Origin: Clostridia bacterium
GTDB taxonomy: Bacteria; Bacillota; Clostridia; Christensenellales; UBA1242
Direction: 5' to 3'
Assembly (NCBI GenBank): GCA_016297915.1
Contig: JAEDFU010000003.1
Coordinates: 8,843 to 72,842 of the forward strand
DNA: 64,000 nucleotides
The notes beneath the pieces were generated by a model. The model was not told where the DNA came from, did no database searches, and saw only the letters and a program-made list of their open reading frames with translations. The position numbers and the translations under genes were made by a program. Below are positions 57,666-64,000 of the stretch, one piece after another (the stretch's first letter is position 1; the number at the start of each line of letters is the position of its first letter).

Positions 57666-57694
57666 AAAAAATCCCTATATTTAGGGATTTTTTC
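57666..57694 (+). terminator. Terminator directly after tRNA-Ser
   Basis: AAATCCCTA-tatt-TAGGGATTT followed by T-run. Confidence 0.7.
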
Positions 57695-57824
57695 TTTGTC
57701 AAACGAGGGATAGTGGATTGTATCTACAATGGTGATTAGCATCACCATTTGAACCCGGTAGTCGTGAGCGATATGGAGTGCAATCCCTCCGCTCACGACA
57801 AATATTCGCATTCGCTCATATTGG

Positions 57825-57846
57825 CAAATCCCTCCTTCTCCGCCAA
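57825..57846 (+). repeat. Exact 22-bp duplicate of the tRNA-Ser 3' end (att-like direct repeat)
   Basis: CAAATCCCTCCTTCTCCGCCAA at 57645-57666 and again at 57825-57846. No matching 5' half or T-stem lies upstream of the second copy. Confidence 0.9.
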
Positions 57847-57851
57847 TCAAT

Positions 57852-57889
57852 AGTCGTTTGAACTCATCAGAGTTTGGACGACTTTTTTC
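57852..57889 (+). terminator. Terminator-like hairpin after the duplicated tRNA end
   Basis: AGTCGT..AACTC-atcag-GAGTT..ACGACT followed by T6. Confidence 0.6.
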
Positions 57890-57979
57890 TTGCTTATTTT
57901 CAAGATTTAGTTCGGTTTCTGTATATCTGTGAAAACCAATTTTGCTTAAAGTATAGTTGTTTGTTTCAGTTTTTATCTT

Positions 57980-58180
57980 CTAATTAAACATTTGATATAT
58001 TTGTACTTTGATAACTCTTGCAATTTTAAAAAGTGCAATTGTTCTAAAGTTATCGTTATTTGCTAAAATTTTATTTAGTGTGCTAGTGCTAATCTTGCAT
58101 ATTTTACAAAATTTTGTTTTGCTTATTTTATTTTCAATAATATAGTTTTTTATAATTTCAGTTTTAATTGTGGTTTTCAT
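57980..58180 (-). CDS. Small XRE-family HTH protein (Cro/CI-like)
   Basis: 66 aa; KISKTKFCKICKISTSTLNKIL HTH; GGAG RBS. Confidence 0.8.
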   Translation of the reverse strand: MKTTIKTEIIKNYIIENKISKTKFCKICKISTSTLNKILANNDNFRTIALFKIARVIKVQIYQMFN

Positions 58181-58193
58181 AATTACTCCATTT

Positions 58194-58261
58194 TACCAAT
58201 TGGTACATATATTATATATCTACCATTTGGTAAAAGTCAAGTATTTTATTACCAGTTGGTA
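58194..58261. promoter_or_regulatory. Three 12-bp palindromic operator-like sites in the divergent XRE intergenic region
   Basis: TACCAATTGGTA (58194-58205), TACCATTTGGTA (58221-58232) and TACCAGTTGGTA (58250-58261), starts spaced 27 and 29 bp apart. Confidence 0.6.
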
Positions 58262-58288
58262 TATACTTGTTTAAAATAAGGAGCTAGT

Positions 58289-58492
58289 ATGAATAAGTTT
58301 GCAGAAAGATTAAAAGAGTTAAGAGAAGAAAAAAATCTTACACAATATGAATTATCTAAAAAAGTTAATATAAGCACAGCGTGTATTAATCGTTGGGAAA
58401 AGAATTTAAGAGTGCCAAATATTGATAGCATAATAATTCTTTGTAAATATTTTGGTTGTTCATCAGATTATTTAATAGGATTGGAAGATTAA
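58289..58492 (+). CDS. Small XRE-family HTH protein (Cro/CI-like)
   Basis: 67 aa; FAERLKELREEKNLTQYELSKKVNISTACINRWE HTH_3; AAGGAG RBS. Confidence 0.85.
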   Translation: MNKFAERLKELREEKNLTQYELSKKVNISTACINRWEKNLRVPNIDSIIILCKYFGCSSDYLIGLED

Positions 58493-58642
58493 TGATTGAT
58501 TATATAGATGATTGTTTAGATTTTTGAAAATTTCTTTAATCTTCTTAATTATTTATTAGAAAACCACATCAAAATTACAAGCGACTCAAAATTGCACTTT
58601 TGTTGGATATCTGATTTTATTTTTGCAAAAATAAATTTCCAC

Positions 58643-58671
58643 TTGAATTGGTTGTTGGATTGTGTTACAAT
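58643..58671 (+). promoter_or_regulatory. Candidate promoter for the HD-domain gene
   Basis: TTGAAT, 17-nt spacer, TACAAT. Confidence 0.45.
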
Positions 58672-58706
58672 AAGTTTAAGTTAATAAACGATGTTAGGGG
58701 ATATTT

Positions 58707-59384
58707 ATGGAGCAAAGCGAAAAGGCGAGTAGTGTAGTAGAATTTTATATGATGTGCAACAAACTCAAAAAACTCATAAGAACAGGGTGGGTTGATTGGA
58801 ATGTCAAGGCGGATAGGCTTGAGAGTGTTGCCGAACATATATATGGTGTGCAAATGTTGGCTCTTGCTATGAAATCTCAATTTGGTTACGAAAATGTGGA
58901 TATGTCCAAAGTTATTATGATGCTTGCTGTTCACGAACTTGAGGAGATTTTGATTGGGGATTTGACATTGTTTCAAATATCCAAGGAAGAAAAAGATTTG
59001 ATCGGTCACGAAGCTGTCAGCAAGGTTTTGCACGGACTTATACAAAAAGACAAAATCCAGTCGCTCATTATGGAGTTTAACGAAAGAAAAACCGATGAGG
59101 CAAAATTTGCCTACCAGTGTGACAAACTTGAATGTGATTTGCAGAGCAAGGTTTATGATACAGAAAATAATATTCCGCTTGATGCAGAGTCTCAAATAAA
59201 TAATTCGGCTTTTCTTAATGCTGAGGTTCAAGCGTTGCTTGCTGAAGGGAAAAGTTTTTCGGAAATGTGGATGCACTTTGGCAGAAATAAATATCCTTAT
59301 GATGACAACTTTAGGAGTGTGTCGCTCACTGCAGAGAAAATGAATTTAAAAGACTTGTCTCAAAATGACTTGACAAAAGAATAA
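58707..59384 (+). CDS. HD-domain phosphohydrolase, YfbR-like 5'-deoxynucleotidase family
   Basis: RTGW…ESVAEHIYGV…LAVHELEEILIGD… gives the H…HD…D metal-site pattern. Confidence 0.75.
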   Translation: MEQSEKASSVVEFYMMCNKLKKLIRTGWVDWNVKADRLESVAEHIYGVQMLALAMKSQFGYENVDMSKVIMMLAVHELEEILIGDLTLFQISKEEKDLIGHEAVSKVLHGLIQKDKIQSLIMEFNERKTDEAKFAYQCDKLECDLQSKVYDTENNIPLDAESQINNSAFLNAEVQALLAEGKSFSEMWMHFGRNKYPYDDNFRSVSLTAEKMNLKDLSQNDLTKE

Positions 59385-59428
59385 TGTATTGGGATTTACA
59401 AAAATATTTGTCTAGATAAATTTAATCA

Positions 59429-59481
59429 AAAAAAGACTTGAAACTTTCCATCCTTAGTGGACTCGTTTCAAGTCTTTTTTG
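59429..59481. terminator. Bidirectional terminator between the HD gene and the giant gene
   Basis: AGACTTGAAAC…GTTTCAAGTCT hairpin flanked by A- and T-tracts. Confidence 0.65.
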
Positions 59482-59512
59482 TGTGTTTACATGTTAATTA
59501 ATAGTAACTACA

Positions 59513-62500
59513 TTATATTCCACGAGTAAGTGATTCTTTGAGCGATCTAAATGGATCGGCATAGTATGACGCTTCTGATTTATTTGTTATATTTAGATTT
59601 CCATCCAAAGTATCTGTTACATAAGTCTCTGGATATATATCTGGGGTTGCGTAGTAAGCCATCAATTCTTTGTAGTAATCATTAGTTAGTGAAAGTGTGT
59701 CTAACATGGTTTTATTGATGTTTTTGAGAATTAACATCGCCATTTCTCGAGTAAGTGTTACTCCGCTTACTGGTTTAAATTGGAAGTCTCGTAGTAATTT
59801 ATCTAAATTGGCTGCTAGGGTACCATCTTTGATTGCATCAGCATGAGCGGTTGCGTTAGATAAGTTTGTATTCAAATCATTTTCAATACTCTTAAGATCG
59901 CTAAGCGAAGCATAAAATCCTTCGTATAAGTTGTTGTATACATTTGTGTCACTATTTAGAGATAATGCTTGAGGTGTTGTGCTAGTATATTCATTTACTG
60001 TTGCAATATTGCCCACGGCATTATCTATTAGTCCGTTGATAATTACATTCTTTTCTTTTTCGAGTTCGTCGCCAGTGGTTGTGTCTTTTTTGACAGTGGA
60101 CAAAAAGTTTTTCATCATGTCTTTGAGTGCGTTTCTTGTTATAAACAAACTATTGCCCTCTGCAGTGCTTGGTTTTTGGACGCTCTCGCCAGTTGATTTG
60201 TATGCAAAGTCTACAAATTGGCGAGCAACATTGTTCTCGTCTTTGATTGTATTAAAGGCTATTGCATCCAAGTTTTTGCCAACCTCGTTTGCCACATTGT
60301 CGATTGAGTATACAACTTCTTTGTTAAGTGCAATAAGTTTGTTTACAAAACCAAGTTCTCTTTGCCATGACATAACTTTGTCATTATCTCTTATGTTGGT
60401 CATTTGTTCGGCTACATTGCTAATAAGTGTATTAAAAGCATTCTTTTGGGTTTGTTCATCGGCTGAATCTTCACTAGTGATTGTAACCTTGCTAGCATCA
60501 AATATTTCGATAATAAGCGAAGTTAGTATATCTCTTGTAATAATTTTGCTATTGCCCTCTGTATTTGAGTAAATATCTGTATAACTATAACCTAATGTAT
60601 CGTCGCCTGATGTAACGAATGCTATATTATCTAGGCTTTGTCCCAAAGAGTTGAGGCTTTGTTGATTTTTTTGTTGTGTGCGTTGAACTCTGTCTGCATA
60701 AGCAGAATCGCTCTCACCGTCATTTTTGGTAGGGCACTCAAGCATATCCTCGGTGACTTTGAGTTCGGATAAGTTTTTGAGATTAGTAAGTTCTCTTTCA
60801 AAACTTATAGGTGTAATGCTAGTGTCGTGGATATTGTCTATAATGCCGTTAATCTTAGGCGTAGTAGAAGTGGCAGGAGTTCCCTCAAGTGCGTGTTGAA
60901 CTGCGTTTCGAATCTTACCCTCAGCAAATTTGCTGGTGATATCTGCAGACATTGACTCTATACTAGTTGCAATCAATTCTCTTATGTCATCGCTTGTAAT
61001 TAGGAGGGAGAGCCTTGTAGTGTCGTTTTTGTAAACAACTTTGTCAAGAGTGATGCCAATAGTATCAATTCTAGATAAAAGGTTGTCGCCACCAAACTCA
61101 GTGTCTGTCAAGCTTGTGATATGTTCAAGTTCTATTTGCCAAAAGTTTTCAATACTCTTTGCAAATGTTTGACCTCCAATTAGGGTGTCTTTGGTTGCAA
61201 CTTTTCCAGCAATAGTATTTAGTCTATCGCTTATTTTGTCTATAATGCTATTAATTTTTGTTTGTGTTGCATCGGTTGCAGTTGTATCTTTTGCATTTTT
61301 TACTGCAACGGATACGAGTTTGTATATTTTGTCGTTAGGGATTATACTTGTGTGGTCGGTCTGAGTACTGCAAGACGCAAGGCTATCTAGGTCAGCACCG
61401 ATTTCTTTGACTTTTTGAATGTTTTGTAGGTCGCTTGCTTTTTTGGCAATCTTTTGTAGTGTTTGCAAGTATTCTATTTCTGTTTGCCAAAATCCTGCTT
61501 TGTTTGAGTCTTTGAGGATTTGTTCGTCATTGCTATTTAAGTTGGCCTTAATTTGGTTAAACATCTCATACATAACATCATTGATGCTTTGTGGGTTAGT
61601 AGTGCTTCCGGCATTGTATTCAAAATCGTCTGGGAGGATTATCTCAGATATTGCATCAACTGCAACATTCATAAAGTCAAGTGTTACGCCGTTGCCAAAC
61701 AAAGTTGTACCTTTTGCTTTGTCAAGACTTTTGCCAAAAGTACTGGTTATGTCAAAATTGGAAGTGTCAATCATGTCGTAAACTTCGCTAATAAGCGAGA
61801 CAACCTTGGTGAGTTCGTCTTTCCAAAAAGTATTGCCGTCCTCATATGTGTGGTTTGAGATAATTAAGTTGTTTTTCATTTTGGCAAATACAGTATTTAG
61901 TTTTTCCAAACTCTTGATACTGCTTGAGCTTGTAATATTATTGTTTGCATAGTCTAAGATGGATGTAAATAGACTTATTGTTCCCGAAACCAAGTGAGGG
62001 TTGCCGTCAGTTGCTGTCTTGTTTCTTGCTGTGAATAGGCAAGTCTTGTCTAGTTTGTCTAGACATTCGCCCAAATTTCCAAAGACCTTTTCGCTAAACA
62101 CGATAGTATCTATCCTCGTGCCCTGTCTTAGGTCTTTGCCATCAACAATCTCACCTAAGAATCCTTTCTCTTTGTCTCTAAGGCTCCTTACAACTTCGGC
62201 TATAGTTTGCATCTCGGTTTCCCAATGATCAACAACTTTGATATTATTCAAAAATTCGTTTTTGGTGTAGTCCTCAAACTCGGTAGGGAGTAGATTACCA
62301 AGCAAATCTCCAATTGTATCTATTGCGTAACCAATTAAATTTTGATATGTGTATGTGTCAATAATTCCCGAAGATTTGATTGTGTCAAGCAATTGCCCAA
62401 GTGGAGCAAGCGACTCTGTTGTGAGATAAATACTTGAGTTTGTATCTAGAGTCTTAATCATTGTAACAGACTGATTGACAAGGTTTGAAAAACTAACCTT

Positions 62501-63997
62501 GAGATTTTCGGTTGTGTAATTAACTTCTTGGTAATTTAGATTTAGTGCTGTTTGCAAAAAGTTTAGTCCAATGTTTAGAATATATGGCATTGTTAAATTA
62601 ACGGTTTGAAGATTAAAGAGTCTTGTTGTAAATTGTGTGCCAAAATCGTTATCTAGTCCTTGGATAATGTCTATAGGCTTAGCAAAGTTGTTTTGGAGTA
62701 TTCTTACAAGCAAGCCTTGATTGTTGAGATAATCCGCCAAGTCAAGAAGATTTGTGCTCTCAACAAATACATTTATACCCTTAGACTCAGCAAGCGCCTT
62801 GATTGCATCTATCATAAGTTTGTTGACAATTTGATTGTCCGAAAGGGTTGTGTTTGAGTTGACAACAAGTGTACATGCAACTGGAATCAAGTACTCAGAT
62901 ACACAATCAACTAGGTTTACTTTTTTGGCGGTTGCTAGCAAATTTTTGCTGTCGGCAATAAGCGTTGCCATTTGTTCTTGGGTGAGACTGGATAGATTTC
63001 CGCCACTAGTGTAGAACTTATATTTGCCAATAAGTGCGTCAGCTTGTTTGGCTGTGGCTACGATGTTTTGAACATCTCTTCGCAAAGTGACATTGGTGTT
63101 ATTGATTTTTTGGGTTGTCAAATAATCAAATTCAGCAAGTCCCAACCCCTCTATTCCAAGGTATTTGGATACAGGTTTCAAAATAGACTTTTCGTAAGAC
63201 TGCAGTATCTCGCTTGTAAGTCCGTTGGTTTGTTGGTCAATATCTATGGTTTCCTCTTCGATGTTTTCAAGCTTCACGGCGTTTACATCTTTTAGGACTC
63301 CCATAAATCCATACACAGGGATTAGAGTATTGAGCATTACAAATAACCCAACAAATCCTCCAACAAGTGCACCCCAGAGTCTATGCTTGTTGTATTTGAT
63401 TTTTTGTTTCTTTTCCTTTTTCTTTTTTGCGGGTTTCTTTTCGCGACTCTCGACTGTTTGGTTTTCTGCAAAATCAAATTTTGGAATTTCTGGATTTTGT
63501 GGTTCAATCTCTTTTTTGATAAAAGTGCCGTCATTTCCAAAAATGTTTTGGGTGGCGGTTAAGTTTTCTTGTTTGAGATTTTTGAACTGCACGCTCTCTT
63601 GTGTGTAGTTCATCTCACCTTGTGGACGAGGCTTAGTTGCATTTGTATTCACAGTCTCTTGTTGCGATTGAACTTGACTAGCGTCACTTGTATTTTGAGT
63701 GGCAGGTGTTGTATCGCTTGGAGACAATGGCTGTGAGTTTTCATTTTCGTTCTCGCCAAAACTACTAAATCCCAAATTCTCCTTAGGCTTGCGTGGTGCA
63801 AATGTGAGTTTGTAGAATAAGTAGTTGAGCGGTAGTAACAAATATTTGCATATCCAAAACAAAATAAGATAAACTATGGCATTAATAAATACAAGAGGCA
63901 AAGCTGTTATGACTTTGACAAATTCTGGATTTTTGTTTGAAAAGTCATTTCCCAAAAATGACTTGACAAGATAAGCTACAATCTCCTCGATACTCAT
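59513..63997 (-). CDS. Giant (at least 1494 aa) two-TM membrane protein with a large repeat-containing C-terminal domain, unknown function
   Basis: The uninterrupted ORF starts 3 nt from the window edge, so it could extend further. TM segments lie at about aa 31-60 and 208-235, separated by a Q/N/T/E-rich linker and a poly-Lys patch. The motif (F/H/S)W-x-x-E-(L/I/M) recurs at W592, W725, W837, W953 and W1211. Confidence 0.8.
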   Translation of the reverse strand: MSIEEIVAYLVKSFLGNDFSNKNPEFVKVITALPLVFINAIVYLILFWICKYLLLPLNYLFYKLTFAPRKPKENLGFSSFGENENENSQPLSPSDTTPATQNTSDASQVQSQQETVNTNATKPRPQGEMNYTQESVQFKNLKQENLTATQNIFGNDGTFIKKEIEPQNPEIPKFDFAENQTVESREKKPAKKKKEKKQKIKYNKHRLWGALVGGFVGLFVMLNTLIPVYGFMGVLKDVNAVKLENIEEETIDIDQQTNGLTSEILQSYEKSILKPVSKYLGIEGLGLAEFDYLTTQKINNTNVTLRRDVQNIVATAKQADALIGKYKFYTSGGNLSSLTQEQMATLIADSKNLLATAKKVNLVDCVSEYLIPVACTLVVNSNTTLSDNQIVNKLMIDAIKALAESKGINVFVESTNLLDLADYLNNQGLLVRILQNNFAKPIDIIQGLDNDFGTQFTTRLFNLQTVNLTMPYILNIGLNFLQTALNLNYQEVNYTTENLKVSFSNLVNQSVTMIKTLDTNSSIYLTTESLAPLGQLLDTIKSSGIIDTYTYQNLIGYAIDTIGDLLGNLLPTEFEDYTKNEFLNNIKVVDHWETEMQTIAEVVRSLRDKEKGFLGEIVDGKDLRQGTRIDTIVFSEKVFGNLGECLDKLDKTCLFTARNKTATDGNPHLVSGTISLFTSILDYANNNITSSSSIKSLEKLNTVFAKMKNNLIISNHTYEDGNTFWKDELTKVVSLISEVYDMIDTSNFDITSTFGKSLDKAKGTTLFGNGVTLDFMNVAVDAISEIILPDDFEYNAGSTTNPQSINDVMYEMFNQIKANLNSNDEQILKDSNKAGFWQTEIEYLQTLQKIAKKASDLQNIQKVKEIGADLDSLASCSTQTDHTSIIPNDKIYKLVSVAVKNAKDTTATDATQTKINSIIDKISDRLNTIAGKVATKDTLIGGQTFAKSIENFWQIELEHITSLTDTEFGGDNLLSRIDTIGITLDKVVYKNDTTRLSLLITSDDIRELIATSIESMSADITSKFAEGKIRNAVQHALEGTPATSTTPKINGIIDNIHDTSITPISFERELTNLKNLSELKVTEDMLECPTKNDGESDSAYADRVQRTQQKNQQSLNSLGQSLDNIAFVTSGDDTLGYSYTDIYSNTEGNSKIITRDILTSLIIEIFDASKVTITSEDSADEQTQKNAFNTLISNVAEQMTNIRDNDKVMSWQRELGFVNKLIALNKEVVYSIDNVANEVGKNLDAIAFNTIKDENNVARQFVDFAYKSTGESVQKPSTAEGNSLFITRNALKDMMKNFLSTVKKDTTTGDELEKEKNVIINGLIDNAVGNIATVNEYTSTTPQALSLNSDTNVYNNLYEGFYASLSDLKSIENDLNTNLSNATAHADAIKDGTLAANLDKLLRDFQFKPVSGVTLTREMAMLILKNINKTMLDTLSLTNDYYKELMAYYATPDIYPETYVTDTLDGNLNITNKSEASYYADPFRSLKESLTRGI

Positions 63998-64000
63998 CTG

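Noticed and set aside
57347-57850. ORFs 57347-57613 (+) and 57644-57850 (-) in the ORF track
   Set aside because: They run through the tRNA-Ser gene, its terminator and the duplicated tRNA end, and have no RBS. The RNA features explain the sequence better.
58665-59276. 203-aa ORF antisense to the HD-domain gene. Similar long antisense ORFs include 30890-31375, 26554-27027, 27366-27857, 38234-38671 and 59979-60572.
   Set aside because: Each lies fully inside a well-supported CDS on the other strand, has a low-complexity S/L/F-rich composition typical of antisense frames, and lacks an RBS.

Overview
This 64-kb window is a chromosomal, mostly housekeeping segment from a low-GC, endospore-forming Firmicute (Clostridia-like). 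Support for that: spoVG, yyaC, a gerAA-AB-AC germinant-receptor operon, an S-box riboswitch on metK, and strong GGAGG-type RBSs. Recognisable core genes are spoVG, murC, rpmE, prmC, prfA, trpS, a MetRS-family gene, uppP, ychF, cvpA, yyaC, ftsH, rpmH-rnpA-yidD-yidC-jag, tex, rpsF-ssb-rpsR, cmk, recD2, comFC, secA, metK and one tRNA-Ser(GCU). I saw no rRNA, CRISPR array, transposase or integrase. Accessory or unexplained content sits in pockets. (1) Both window edges carry giant proteins: a 5'-truncated Big_2/GLUG surface protein at 1-4050, and a 1494-aa two-TM protein with a periodic W-x-x-E-L motif at 59513-63997. (2) The tRNA-Ser locus has an exact 22-bp duplication of the tRNA 3' end. Downstream of it lie a divergent XRE pair with three 12-bp palindromic operators and an HD-domain nucleotidase-like gene. 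(3) A five-gene envelope cluster at 10350-18524 begins with a polytopic membrane domain fused to an ABC ATPase. (4) Orphan genes are wedged into conserved synteny at 35275-36952 and 45275-46474. (5) An iteron-like 34-35-bp tandem array lies upstream of cmk. (6) A 326-bp spacer bracketed by two 23-bp palindromes splits rpsF-ssb from rpsR. (7) The MetRS-family gene has KASSS in place of KMSKS. I cannot name a single known-type novel system with confidence. The best candidates are the tRNA-adjacent block with the giant membrane protein and the fused ABC cluster. All functional calls rest on motif recognition by eye, with no database searches.
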